Under the pieces are notes generated by a model. The model made no database searches, was not told the DNA's origin, and saw nothing but the letters and a program-made list of their open reading frames with translations. From assembly GCA_964016885.1 (NCBI GenBank), contig OZ024744.1:15500001-15564000 (forward strand): 64,000 bases of DNA, given 5' to 3'. The position numbers were made by a program, and so were the translations under genes. Positions 1-14,934 of this stretch are shown here, piece by piece (within the stretch, counting starts at the first letter, position 1; every line of letters starts with the position of its first letter). Source of the stretch: Eledone cirrhosa (lineage: Eukaryota).

Positions 1-3000
1 GTAATGGCAAATGTCCAAAACTCTCTCACATATACACTCTCTCTCACATACACACTCTCCCACAAAAGTCCACCCATTCCCACAAGTAATGGCAAATGTC
101 CAAAACTCTCTCACATATACACTCTCTCTCTCTCACATACACACTCTCCCACAAAAGTCCACCCATTCCCACAAGTAATGGCAAATGTCCAAAACTCTCT
201 CACATATACACTCTCTCTCTCTCTCACATACACACTCTCCCACAAAAGTCCACCCATTCCCACAAGTAATGGCAAATGTCCAAAACTCTCTCACATACAC
301 ACTCTCCCACAAAAGTCCACCCATTCCCACAAGTAGTGGCAAATGTCCAAAACTCTCTCACATATATACTCTCTCTCTCTCACATACACACTCTCCCACA
401 AAAGTCCACCCATTTTCACAAGTAATGGCAAATGTCCAAAACTCTCTCACATATACACTCTCTCTCTCTCTCACATACACACTCTCCCACAAAATTCCAC
501 CCATTCCCACAAGTAATGGCAAATGTCCAAAACTATCTCACATATACACTCTCTCTCTCTCACATACACACTCTCCCACAAAAGTCCACCCATTCCCACA
601 AGTAATGGCAAATGTCCAAAACTCTCTCACATATACACTCTCTCTCTCTCTCTCTCTCTCACATACACACTCTCCCACAAAAGTCCACCCATTCCCACAA
701 GTAATGGCAAATATCCAAAACTCTCTCACATATACACTCTCTCTCTCTCACATACACACTCTCCCACAAAAGTCCACCCATTCCCACAAGTAATGGCAAA
801 TATCCAAAACTCTCACATATACACTCTCTCTCTCTCTCTCACATACACACTCTCCCACAAAAGTCCACCCATTCCCACAAGTAATGGAAAATGTCCAAAA
901 CTGTCTCACATATACACTCTCTCTCACATACACACTCTCCCACAAAAGTCCACCCATTCCCACAAGTAATGGCAAAAGTCCAAAACTCTCTCACATATAC
1001 ACTCTCTCTCTCTCACATACACACTCTCCCACAAAAGTCCACCCATTCTCACAAGTAATGGCAAATGTCCAAAACTCTCTCACATATACACTCTCTCTCT
1101 CTCTCACATACACACTCTCCCATAAAAGTCCACCCATTCCCACAAGTAATGGCAAATGTCCAAAACTCTCTTACATATACACTCTCTCTCTCTCACATAA
1201 CACTCTCCCACAAAAGTCCACCCATTCCCACTAGTAATGGCAAATGTCCAAAACTCTCTCACATATACACTCTCTCTCACATACACACTCTCCCACAAAA
1301 GTCCACCCATTCCCACAAGTAATGGCAAATGTCCAAAACTCTCTCACATATACACTCTCTCTCTCTCACATACACACTCTCCCACAAAAGTCCACCCATT
1401 CCCACAAGTAATGGCAAATGTCCAAAACTCTCTCACATATACACTCTCTCTCTCTCTCACATACACACTCTCCCACAAAAGTCCACCCATTCCCACAAGT
1501 AATGGCAAATGTCCAAAACTCTCTCACATACACACTCTCCCACAAAAGTCCACCCATTCCCACAAGTAGTGGCAAATGTCCAAAACTCTCTCACATATAT
1601 ACTCTCTCTCTCTCACATACACACTCTCCCACAAAAGTCCACCCATTTTCACAAGTAATGGCAAATGTCCAAAACTCTCTCACATATACACTCTCTCTCT
1701 CTCTCACATACACACTCTCCCACAAAATTCCACCCATTCCCACAAGTAATGGCAAATGTCCAAAACTATCTCACATATACACTCTCTCTCTCTCACATAC
1801 ACACTCTCCCACAAAAGTCCACCCATTCCCACAAGTAATGGCAAATGTCCAAAACTCTCTCACATATACACTCTCTCTCTCTCTCTCTCTCTCTCACATA
1901 CACACTCTCCCACAAAAGTCCACCCATTCCCACTAGTAATGGCAAATGTCCAAAACTCTCTCACATATACACTCTCTCTCTCTCTCACATACACACTCTC
2001 CCACAAAAGTCCACCCATTCCCACAAGTAATGGCAAATGTCCAAAACTCTCTCACATATACACTCTCTCTCTCTCTCTCTCTCACTCTCTCTCTCTCTCA
2101 CATACACACTCTCCCACAAAAGTCCACCCATTCCCACAAGTAATGGCAAATGTCTAAAACTCTCTCACATATACACTCTCTCTCTCTCACATACACTCTC
2201 CCACAAAAGTCCACCCATTCCCACTAGTAATGGCAAATGTCCAAAACTCTCTCACATATACACTCTCTCTCACATACACACTCTCCCACAAAAGTCCACC
2301 CATTCCCACAAGTAATGGCAAATGTCCAAAACTCTCTCACATATACACTCTCTCTCTCTCACATACACACTCTCCCACAAAAGTCCACCCATTCCCACAA
2401 GTAATGGCAAATGTCCAAAACTCTCTCACATATACACTCTCTCTCTCTCTCACATACACACTCTCCCACAAAAGTCCACCCATTCCCACAAGTAATGGCA
2501 AATGTCCAAAACTCTCTCACATACACACTCTCCCACAAAAGTCCACCCATTCCCACAAGTAGTGGCAAATGTCCAAAACTCTCTCACATATACACTCTCT
2601 CTCTCACATACACACTCTCCCACAAAAGTCCACCCATTCCCACAAGTAATGGCAAATGTCCAAAACTCTCTCACATATACACTCTCTCTCTCTCTCACAT
2701 ACACACTCTCCCACAAAAGTCCACCCATTCCCACAAGTAATGGCAAATGTCCAAAACTCTCTCACATATACACTCTCTCTCTCTCACATACACACTCTCC
2801 CACAAAAGTCCACCCATTCCCACAAGTAATGGCAAATGTCCAAAACTCTCTCACATATACACTCTCTCTCTCTCTCTCACATACACACTCTCCCACAAAA
2901 GTCCACCCATTCCCACAAGTAATGGCAAGTGTCCAAAACTCTCTCACATATACACTCTCTCTCTCTCACATACACACTCTCCCACAAAAGTCCAGCCATT

Positions 3001-6000
3001 CCCACAAGTAATGGCAAATATCCAAAACTCTCTCACATATACACTCTCTCTCTCTCACATACACACTCTCCCACAAAAGTCCACCCATTCCCACAAGTAA
3101 TGACAAATGTCCAAAACTCTCTCACATATACACTCTCTCTCTCTCACATACACACTCTCCCACAAAAGTCCACCCATTCCCACAAGTAATGGCAAATGTC
3201 CAAAACTCTCTCACATATACACTCTCTCTCTCTCACATACACACTCTCCCACAAAAGTCCACCCATTCCCACAAGTAATGGCAAATGTCCAATACTCTCT
3301 CACATATACACACTCTCTCTCTCACATACACACTCTCCCACAAAAGTCCACCCATTCCCACAAGTAATGGCAAATGTCCAAAACTCTCTCACATACACAC
3401 TCTCCCACAAAAGTCCACCCATTCCCACAAGTAGTGGCAAATGTCCAAAACTCTCTCACATATATACTCTCTCTCTCTCACATACACACTCTCCCACAAA
3501 AGTCCACCCATTTTCACAAGTAATGGCAAATGTCCAAAACTCTCTCACATATACACTCTCTCTCTCTCTCACATACACACTCTCCCACAAAATTCCACCC
3601 ATTCCCACAAGTAATGGCAAATGTCCAAAACTATCTCACATATACACTCTCTCTCTCTCACATACACACTCTCCCACAAAAGTCCACCCATTCCCACAAG
3701 TAATGGCAAATGTCCAAAACTCTCTCACATATACACTCTCTCTCTCTCTCTCTCTCTCTCACATACACACTCTCCCACAAAAGTCCACCCATTCCCACTA
3801 GTAATGGCAAATGTCCAAAACTCTCTCACATATACACTCTCTCTCTCTCTCACATACACACTCTCCCACAAAAGTCCACCCATTCCCACAAGTAATGGCA
3901 AATGTCCAAAACTCTCTCACATATACACTCTCTCTCTCTCTCTCTCTCACTCTCTCTCTCTCTCACATACACACTCTCCCACAAAAGTCCACCCATTCCC
4001 ACAAGTAATGGCAAATGTCTAAAACTCTCTCACATATACACTCTCTCTCTCTCACATACACTCTCCCACAAAAGTCCACCCATTCCCACTAGTAATGGCA
4101 AATGTCCAAAACTCTCTCACATATACACTCTCTCTCACATACACACTCTCCCACAAAAGTCCACCCATTCCCACAAGTAATGGCAAATGTCCAAAACTCT
4201 CTCACATATACACTCTCTCTCTCTCACATACACACTCTCCCACAAAAGTCCACCCATTCCCACAAGTAATGGCAAATGTCCAAAACTCTCTCACATATAC
4301 ACTCTCTCTCTCTCTCACATACACACTCTCCCACAAAAGTCCACCCATTCCCACAAGTAATGGCAAATGTCCAAAACTCTCTCACATACACACTCTCCCA
4401 CAAAAGTCCACCCATTCCCACAAGTAGTGGCAAATGTCCAAAACTCTCTCACATATACACTCTCTCTCTCACATACACACTCTCCCACAAAAGTCCACCC
4501 ATTCCCACAAGTAATGGCAAATGTCCAAAACTCTCTCACATATACACTCTCTCTCTCTCTCACATACACACTCTCCCACAAAAGTCCACCCATTCCCACA
4601 AGTAATGGCAAATGTCCAAAACTCTCTCACATATACACTCTCTCTCTCTCACATACACACTCTCCCACAAAAGTCCACCCATTCCCACAAGTAATGGCAA
4701 ATGTCCAAAACTCTCTCACATATACACTCTCTCTCTCTCTCTCACATACACACTCTCCCACAAAAGTCCACCCATTCCCACAAGTAATGGCAAGTGTCCA
4801 AAACTCTCTCACATATACACTCTCTCTCTCTCACATACACACTCTCCCACAAAAGTCCAGCCATTCCCACAAGTAATGGCAAATATCCAAAACTCTCTCA
4901 CATATACACTCTCTCTCTCTCACATACACACTCTCCCACAAAAGTCCACCCATTCCCACAAGTAATGACAAATGTCCAAAACTCTCTCACATATACACTC
5001 TCTCTCTCTCACATACACACTCTCCCACAAAAGTCCACCCATTCCCACAAGTAATGGCAAATGTCCAAAACTCTCTCACATATACACTCTCTCTCTCTCA
5101 CATACACACTCTCCCACAAAAGTCCACCCATTCCCACAAGTAATGGCAAATGTCCAATACTCTCTCACATATACACACTCTCTCTCTCACATACACACTC
5201 TCCCACAAAAGTCCACCCATTCCCACAAGTAATGGCAAATGTCCAAAACTCTCTCACATATACACTCTCTCTCCCTCTCACATACACACTCTCCCACAAA
5301 AGTCCACCCATTCCCACAAGTAATGGCAAATATCCAAAACTCTCACATATACACTCTCTCTCTCTCTCTCACATACACACTCTCCCACAAAAGTCCACCC
5401 ATTCCCACAAGTAATGGAAAATGTCCAAAACTGTCTCACATATACACTCTCTCTCACATACACACTCTCCCACAAAAGTCCACCCATTCCCACAAGTAAT
5501 GGCAAAAGTCCAAAACTCTCTCACATATACACTCTCTCTCTCTCACATACACACTCTCCCACAAAAGTCCACCCATTCCCACAAGTAATGGCAAATGTCC
5601 AAAACTCTCTCACATATACACACTCTCTCTCTCACATAACACTCTCCCACAAAAGTCCACCCATTCCCACTAGTAATGGCAAATGTCCAAAACTCTCTCA
5701 CATATACACTCTCTCTCACATACACACTCTCCCACAAAAGTCCACCCATTCCCACAAGTAATGGCAAATGTCCAAAACTCTCTCACATATACACTCTCTC
5801 TCTCTCACATACACACTCTCCCACAAAAGTCCACCCATTCCCACAAGTAATGGCAAATGTCCAAAACTCTCTCACATATACACTCTCTCTCTCTCTCACA
5901 TACACACTCTCCCACAAAAGTCCACCCATTCCCACAAGTAATGGCAAATGTCCAAAACCCTCTCACATACACACTCTCCCACAAAAGTCCACCCATTCCC

Positions 6001-7801
6001 ACAAGTAGTGGCAAATGTCCAAAACTCTCTCACATATATACTCTCTCTCTCTCACATACACACTCTCCCACAAAAGTCCACCCATTTTCACAAGTAATGG
6101 CAAATGTCCAAAACTCTCTCACATATACACTCTCTCTCTCTCTCACATACACACTCTCCCACAAAATTCCACCCATTCCCACAAGTAATGGCAAATGTCC
6201 AAAACTATCTCACATATACACTCTCTCTCTCTCACATACACACTCTCCCACAAAAGTCCACCCATTCCCACAAGTAATGGCAAATGTCCAAAACTCTCTC
6301 ACATATACACTCTCTCTCTCTCTCTCTCTCTCTCACATACACACTCTCCCACAAAAGTCCACCCATTCCCACAAGTAGTGGCAAATGTCCAAAACTCTCT
6401 CACATATACACACTCTCTCTCTCACATACACACTCTCCCACAAAAGTCCACCCATTCCCACAAGTAATGGCAAATATCCAAAACTCTCTCACATATACAC
6501 TCTCTCTCTCTCACATACACACTCTCCCACAAAGTCCACCCATTCCCACAAGTAATGGCAAATATCCAAAACTCTCACATATACACTCTCTCTCTCTCTC
6601 TCACATACACACTCTCCCACAAAAGTCCACCCATTCCCACAAGTAATGGAAAATGTCCAAAACTGTCTCACATATACACTCTCTCTCACATACACACTCT
6701 CCCACAAAAGTCCACCCATTCCCACAAGTAATGGCAAAAGTCCAAAACTCTCTCACATATACACTCTCTCTCTCTCACATACACACTCTGCCACAAAAGT
6801 CCACCCATTCTCACAAGTAATGGCAAATGTCCAAAACTCTCTCACATATACACTCTCTCTCTCTCACATAACACTCTCCCACAAAAGTCCACCCATTCCC
6901 ACTAGTAATGGCAAATGTCCAAAACTCTCTCACATATACACTCTCTCTCACATACACACTCTCCCACAAAAGTCCACCCATTCCCACAAGTAATGGCAAA
7001 TGTCCAAAACTCTCTCACATATACACTCTCTCTCTCTCACATACACACTCTCCCACAAAAGTCCACCCATTCCCACAAGTAATGGCAAATGTCCAAAACT
7101 CTCTCACATATACACTCTCTCTCTCTCACATAACACTCTCCCACAAAAGTCCACCCATTCCCACTAGTAATGGCAAATGTCCAAAACTCTCTCACATATA
7201 CACTCTCTCTCACATACACACTCTCCCACAAAAGTCCACCCATTCCCACAAGTAATGGCAAATGTCCAAAACTCTCTCACATATACACTCTCTCTCTCTC
7301 ACATACACACTCTCCCACAAAAGTCCACCCATTCCCACAAGTAATGGCAAATGTCCAAAACTCTCTCACATATACACTCTCTCTCTCTCTCACATACACA
7401 CTCTCCCACAAAAGTCCACCCATTCCCACAAGTAATGGCAAATGTCCAAAACTCTCTCACATACACACTCTCCCACAAAAGTCCACCCATTCCCACAAGT
7501 AGTGGCAAATGTCCAAAACTCTCTCACATATATACTCTCTCTCTCTCACATACACACTCTCCCACAAAAGTCCACCCATTTTCACAAGTAATGGCAAATG
7601 TCCAAAACTCTCTCACATATACACTCTCTCTCTCTCTCACATACACACTCTCCCACAAAATTCCACCCATTCCCACAAGTAATGGCAAATGTCCAAAACT
7701 ATCTCACATATACACTCTCTCTCTCTCACATACACACTCTCCCACAAAAGTCCACCCATTCCCACAAGTAATGGCAAATGTCCAAAACTCTCTCACATAT
7801 A

Positions 7802-7835
<34 letters not shown>

Positions 7836-10823
7836 TACACACTCTCCCACAAAAGTCCACCCATTCCCACAAGTAATGGCAAATGTCCAAAACTCTCTCA
7901 CATATACACACTCTCTCTCTCACATACACACTCTCCCACAAAAGTCCACCCATTCCCACAAGTAATGGCAAATATCCAAAACTCTCTCACATATACACTC
8001 TCCCTCTCTCACATACACACTCTCCCACAAAAGTCCACCCATTCCCACAAGTAATGGCAAATATCCAAAACTCTCACATATACACTCTCTCTCTCTCTCA
8101 CATACACACTCTCCCACAAAAGTCCACCCATTCCCACAAGTAATGGAAAATGTCCAAAACTGTCTCACATATACACTCTCTCTCACATACACACTCTCCC
8201 ACAAAAGTCCACCCATTCCCACAAGTAATGGCAAAAGTCCAAAACTCTCTCACATATACACTCTCTCTCTCTCACATACACACTCTCCCACAAAAGTCCA
8301 CCCATTCTCACAAGTAATGGCAAATGTCCAAAACTCTCTCACATATACACTCTCTCTCTCTCTCACATACACACTCTCCCATAAAAGTCCACCCATTCCC
8401 ACAAGTAATGGCAAATGTCCAAAACTCTCTTACATATACACTCTCTCTCTCTCACATAACACTCTCCCACAAAAGTCCACCCATTCCCACTAGTAATGGC
8501 AAATGTCCAAAACTCTCTCACATATACACTCTCTCTCACATACACACTCTCCCACAAAAGTCAACCCATTCCCACAAGTAATGGCAAATGTCCAAAACTC
8601 TCTCACATATACACTCTCTCTCTCTCACATACACACTCTCCAACAAAAGTCCACCCATTCCCACAATTAATGGCAAATGTCCAAAACTCTCTCACATATA
8701 CACTCTCTCTCTCTCTCACATACACACTCTCCCACAAAAGTCCACCCATTCCCACAAGTAATGGCAAATGTCCAAAACTCTCTCACATACACACTCTCCC
8801 ACAAAAGTCCACCCATTCCCACAAGTAGTGGCAAATGTCCAAAACTCTCTCACATATATACTCTCTCTCTCTCACATACACACTCTCCCACAAAAGTCCA
8901 CCCATTTTCACAAGTAATAGCAAATGTCCAAAACTCTCTCACATATACACTCTCTCTCTCTCTCAAATACACACTCTCCCACAAAATTCCACCCATTCCC
9001 ACAAGTAATGGCAAATGTCCAAAACTATCTCACATATACACTCTCTCTCTCTCACATACACACTCTCCCACAAAAGTCCACCCATTCCCACAAGTAATGG
9101 CAAATGTCCAAAACTCTCTCACATATACACTCTCTCTCTCTCTCTCTCTCTCTCACATACACACTCTCCCACAAAAGTCCACCCATTCCCACAAGTAATG
9201 GCAAATGTCCAAAACTCTCTCACATATACACACTCTCTCTCTCACATACACACTCTCCCACAAAAGTCCACCCATTCCCACAAGTAATGGCAAATATCCA
9301 AAACTCTCTCACATATACACTCTCTCTCTCTCACATACACACTCTCCCACAAAAGTCCACCCATTCCCACAAGTAATGACAAATGTCCAAAACTCTCTCA
9401 CATATACACTCTCTCTCTCTCACATACACACTCTCCCACAAAAGTCCACCCATTCCCACAAGTAATGGCAAATGTCCAAAACTCTCTCACATATACACTC
9501 TCTCTCTCACATACACACTCTCCCACAAAAGTCCACCCATTCCCACAAGTAATGGCAAATGTCCAATACTCTCTCACATATACACTCTCTCTCTCTCACA
9601 TACACACTCTCCCACAAAAGTCCACCCATTCCCACAAGTAATGGCAAATGTCCAAAACTCTCTCACATATACACTCTCTCTCTCTCACATACACACTCTC
9701 CCACAAAAGTCCACCCATTCCCACAAGTAATGGCAAATGTCCAAAACTCTCTCACATATACACTCTCTCTCACATACACACTCTCCCACAAAAGTCCACC
9801 CATTCCCACAAGTAATGGCAAATGTCCAAAACTCTCTCACATATACACTCTCTCTCTCTCACATACACACTCTCCCACAAAAGTCCACCCATTCCCACAA
9901 GTAATGGCAAATGTCCAAAACTCTCTCACATATACACTTTCTCTCTCTCACATACACACTCTCCCACAAAAGTCCACCCATTCCCACAAGTAATGGCAAA
10001 TGTCCAAAACTCTCACATATACACACTCTCTCTCTCACATACACACTCTCCCACAAAAGTCCACCCATTCCCACAAGTAATGGCAAATGTCCAAAACTCT
10101 CTCACATATACACTCTCTCTCTCACATACACACTCTCCCACAAAAGTCCACCCATTCCCACAAGTAATGGCAAATGTCCAAAACTCTCTCACATATACAC
10201 TCTCTCTCTCACATACACACTCTCCCACAAAAGTCCATCCATTCCCACAAGTAATGGCAAATGTCAAAAACTCTCTCACATATACACTCTCTCTCACATA
10301 CACACTCTCTCACATACACACTCTCCGACAAAAGTCCACCCATTCCCACAAGTAATGGCAAATGTCCAAAACTCTCTCACATATACACTCTCTCTCTCTC
10401 TCTCACATACACACTCTCCCACAAAAGTCCACCCATTCCCACAAGTAATGGTAAATGTCCAAAACTCTCACATATACACACTCTCTCTCTCACATACACA
10501 CTCTCCCACAAAAGTCCACCCATTCCCACAAGTAATGGCAAATGTCCAAAACTCTCTCACATATACACTCTCTCTCTCTCACATACACACTCTCCCACAA
10601 AAGTCCACCCATTCCCACAAGTAATGGCAAATGTCCAAAACTCTCTCACATATACACTCTCTCTCTCTCTCACATACACACTCTCCCACAAATGTCCACC
10701 CATTCCCACAAGTAATGACAAATGTCCAAAACTCTCTCACATATACACTCTCTCTCTCTCACATACACACTCTCCCACAAAAGTCCACCCATTCCCACAA
10801 GTAATGGCAAATGTCCAAAACTC
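1..10823. repeat. Tandem satellite, ~89-bp monomer (67-113 bp depending on the internal (CT)n tract), ~120 copies, continues past the left edge
   Basis: Monomer GTAATGGCAAATGTCCAAAACTCTCTCACATATACAC(TC)nACATACACACTCTCCCACAAAAGTCCACCCATTCCCACAA repeats without interruption; diagnostic variants recur in blocks. Confidence 0.98.
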
Positions 10824-13335
10824 CGAGTTGGAACCATCAACGTAAGCACAATGAAAGGAAGAGCAGGAGAAATCGTAGAGATGTTAAAGTGAAAGGAAAT
10901 TGATGTATGCTGTGTGCAAGAGACTAGATGGAGGGTCTGCTAGGCTCCTTGTTGGTAAAAATCAGTGCTACAAAAGTTTCTGGGTGGGAAATGACGACAG
11001 GATGGGTGGTGTGGGTATACTATTAGCTGACAAATGGGTAGATAAGGTAACCTCAGTTAACAGGGTAAATGCAAGAACCATTAAACTCAGACTAGTCCTG
11101 AATAAAAACAATTGTTACAATCATATCAGCTTATGCACCCCAATTGGGTTTGCCAGACAAAATTAAGGATAGGTTTTATGAGTCCTTAATGCACACCACT
11201 GCCTTAACAAACAACAATGACTTCATAATCATTGCAGGAGACTTTAACGGACATGTTGGGAAACACCATGACAGCTTCTATAGAGTCCATGGAGGCTACG
11301 GGTTTGGTGCAAGAAATGAAGAAGGCTTCAGGCTTCTAGAATTCTGTGACACCAATGACATGTCAATATGTAACACAAACTTCAAAAAACCTGACAACCA
11401 TCTGATCACCTATAGATCAGGGGAGTACTCTAGTCAGATAGATTTTGTCCTTATCAGAGGATGAGATAGATGGACGGTTGTAAACACAAAAGCCTTCCCT
11501 GGTGAGGAATGTACCTCCCAACATAACGTATTGTTAACCAGGTAATACTAGAAGGTATCATACCGAAGGATTAGTGCAGCAGCATCATTGTCAACTGCTA
11601 CAAGGGTAAAGGTGATGCATTAGATAGAGGAAACTATAGAGGTATAAAGCTGATGGTCCAGGTCATGAGAGTAACGGAAAGAGTTATAGCACAGTTGATT
11701 AGGGACCAGGTAAAACTAGATGAGATGCAGTTTGGGTTTGTGCCAGGAAAAAACACCACTGATGTTCTCTTCCTTGTGAGGCAGTTACAGGAAAAGTACC
11801 TAGCTGGAAGAAGCCTTCGATAGAGTGCCCCGTGCTATAATCTGGTGGGTTCTTAGAAAACTTGGAGTAGATGAATGGCTTGTAAAGGCTATACAAGCCA
11901 TGTATAGGGGAGCAGTCAGCAAAATTAGGATTAACAATGACTATAGCAAAGAATTTAGCATACAGGTCGGTGTCCACCAGAGCTCTGTTCTTAGCCCTCG
12001 CTTGTTTATTGCAGTCTATAACAGAGGAGCTAATGACCGGATGCCCATGGGAAGTTCTGTATGCGGATGATCTTATACTTCACTTATAGCTGGAACAATG
12101 GTGGAACTTATGGTGGAACAAAAGAAGAAATTCCAGACATGGAAAGAAGGGGTTTCAAACTAGAAAGAAGGGCTCTCAAAGTCAACCTGAAAAAGACTAA
12201 GGTCCGCCTAAGTAGACGAGAAAACAGAACCCACATCCCCTCAGGGAAATGGCCTTGCTCAGTATGTAGGAAAGGTGTAGGTAGAAATTCTATCCTCTAC
12301 CCCAAACACAAACTATGGGTACACAAGAGATATAATGGGATCTCAGGAAGCTTAGGTAGGAATGTAGGTTTTACATGTAGCAGCTGCACTGGGACAGCAA
12401 GCAGCAAACAAGCACTACCAAACTCTGGGAGGGCTCTGTAGAAACAGTAGACAGCTTCTGTTACCTAGGTAACCAAATTAGCAGCGGAGGTGGGTGTTCA
12501 GAAAGTACAATAACCAGGGTAAGAACAGGATGGAAGAAGTTCAGAGAGCTACTACCACTGCTAGCTGCAAAAGGTTTTTCTCTCAAAATGAAAGTATGAT
12601 GCGTGTATACGAACAGCAATGTTACATGGTAGTGAGACCTGGGTGCTGTCTGTGGAAGACTTGCGTAGATTAGAAAGAAATGAAGCCTGCATACTCCAAT
12701 GGATGTGTAATAGTAATATACGCAAACGACAAAGCATAAACGAATTGAGAGAGAGACTGAGCATAAGAGGAATCAAATGCTGTGTGCAGGAGAGGCGGTT
12801 ATGTTGGTATGAACATGTGATGCGTATGAAGAATGACAGCTGCATTAATAGCTGCAGAGCACTAAAAGTCGATGGAAGCCATGAGATCCAAGAAGACCTG
12901 GGATGAGGTGATAAAAGCGGACCTTGTCCAATTGCACTTCTCAAAGGCGATGACACAGGACCGTGACCTCTGGCGTTACGTAGTAATACAGAAGACCCAA
13001 CTTCCCACGGGAACAAGCCGAAGCTGAAGCATATAGACAATATGCCCCCATCCCCTTCTACTGCAAAGTGGTTGTGGAGGTGTCATTACAAAAAAAGCAC
13101 CCAGCCCACACTGTAAATTGGTCATGTAGGCGCCACGGAAAAAAAGTACCCAGCACTCACATTAAATGAGGTTGGTGTTAGGAAGGGCATTCAGCTGTAG
13201 AAATCAAGCCAAAATCATTTCCTGTATGAGCAAGACAAGGTCACCCGACCTGACATTGTCCACAACAAGACGACCCTTCTAACCCATTCTATCGTGGAAG
13301 AATGGACGTAAAACAGTGACGATGATGATGATGAT
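10824..13335 (+). mobile_element. RTE-clade LINE, degenerate, with an internal deletion near 11525
   Basis: APE motifs (LRVGTINV, IIAGDFNGHVG, SQIDF), RT remnants (VHQSSVLSP, LHGSETW, RRLCWYEHV), 3' UTR and (GAT)n tail; many stops and frameshifts. Confidence 0.95.
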
Positions 13336-13526
13336 ATATATATTATTTAAGTACAGAAAAGTTGTTTGATCAGATAATCTATTGATAGTAGTGTAAACAG
13401 ATGTAAAGCACTACACGACTTCGGTTCTTATATATAACGAACACCCATGGAACTATATTTATTGGAGGTCCTCTGACAGGTAATGCAAACATATTTTGAT
13501 ACATAAGGTTGCTTATTGGTACATCT

Positions 13527-13744
13527 GTTGATTTCTGCTTTAGTCACAAGATCAGAAAAATTTAGGGGAAGGGCAAAGTTTATTAAATCAACCTTAGTAC
13601 TTAACTGGTATTTTATTTTATCAACCCCAGAAGGTTGAAAGACAAAGTTTATGTCATTAAGATTTGAACTCAGAATGTAAAGAACCAAAACAAATATCAG
13701 TTGCATTTTAATCAATACTCTACTAATTCTGCCAATCCATCACC
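13527..13744 (-). mobile_element. tRNA-derived SINE (Meta-domain type), degenerate
   Basis: Reverse complement has an A-box-like head, GAGTTCAAAT B box and the GGGGTTGATAAAATAAAATACCAG core shared with the copies at 31276 and 36770. Confidence 0.75.
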
Positions 13745-13971
13745 CTTCATTGATACATCTATTAAAATTTAATTGTAATGAAACAATTCAGGTCAGGTGA
13801 ACATGTCTTGTTCATATGGATCTGTATTTTGGCTTGGTTTCTGCAGTTGGATGTCTGTCCTAAAACCAACCATGTTATGGTGTGGACTTGGTGCTTTTTG
13901 TCGTGGAACTGGAATGACCACTTAACAGAGTGGATTGGGTGCTTTTAGATCTTTTATCTGCACAACCACCA

Positions 13972-14793
13972 TATCATCATCGTTCATCATCATTGTTTAA
14001 CGTCCATCTTCCATACCAGCATGGGTAGGATGGGTTGGCCCTTATGGAGAGAATCAAGTCAGAGGACCATGTTTAGCTCACCCGGGGCAGATTTTGGCTT
14101 GGTTTCTACAGCCGGATGCCCTTCTTAAGGCCAACCACATTTACAGTGTGTGCAGGATGCTTTTTATCAAGTCGCCTACATGAGTACTTTACAGTGGGGA
14201 CTGGGCACTTTTGTCTTGGAACTAGGGAGTGTGGAGAAATCTTGGGGAAATTGCAGACGTAGGTAATAGGGGAGGGATGGTTACTGCAAAGGGAGGTGTA
14301 TGGGAGGGGAGAAGTTTGAGGAAGGTGTTGCCTACTAGGTATAAGCCTCAGTTCGAGAATAACAGAGAGTGGGTCTTCTGTAATACTGCATAGCACCAGA
14401 GGTTGTGGTTCTGTGTCATTGCCTTAGTGAGGTGTAATTGTACAAGGTCAGCTTTTATTACCTCATTCCGAGTCTTCCTAGGCCTTCCCACTCCATGGCT
14501 ACCATCAACTTGGAGCGCTCTGCACATTTTTATACAGCTGTCATTCTTCATACGCATCACATGACCATACCAAAGCAATCTCCTCTCCTACATGCAATAA
14601 CTGATCCCTCTTATGCCTAATTTCTCATGCAGTACATTTATACTTTGCCGTTCGCACACTGAGCAGGGCCATTTACCAGGGGAGATCTGGACCCTGTTTT
14701 CCCTTCTACTTACTAGGACTTTAGACTTTGCCAGATTGACTTTAAGACCTTTAGATTCTAGGATTTGCTTCCAGGTTTGGAATTTCATCTCTA
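13972..14793 (-). mobile_element. RTE LINE 3' fragment with internal deletion
   Basis: Minus ORFs KFQTWKQILESKGLKVNLAK and LWYGHVMRMKNDSC; 3' UTR motif; (CAT)n tail on + strand. Confidence 0.9.
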
Positions 14794-14934
14794 ATTCACC
14801 AGATATATATATACATCATCATCATCATCATTGTTTTTACATCCATTTTTCCACTCTTGCATGGGTTGAATAGGTCTTTCTCAGCATATATATTAGTAGT
14901 GTATATGAAAGCATTTACTATATGTTTATCATTA

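Noticed and set aside
1-10823. CRISPR-like repeat/spacer array
   Set aside because: The variable parts are (CT)n length variants, not unique spacers; no cas genes; eukaryotic context.
1-10845. Dozens of overlapping ORFs (SHKSPPIPTSNGK...)
   Set aside because: Translations of the satellite; frames shift with (CT)n length, so there is no coding constraint.
13440-13525. Minus-strand peptide ALPVRGPPINIVP resembling a later AK7 exon
   Set aside because: Flanking residues do not match, splice sites are unconvincing and the intervening exons were not found; probably chance.
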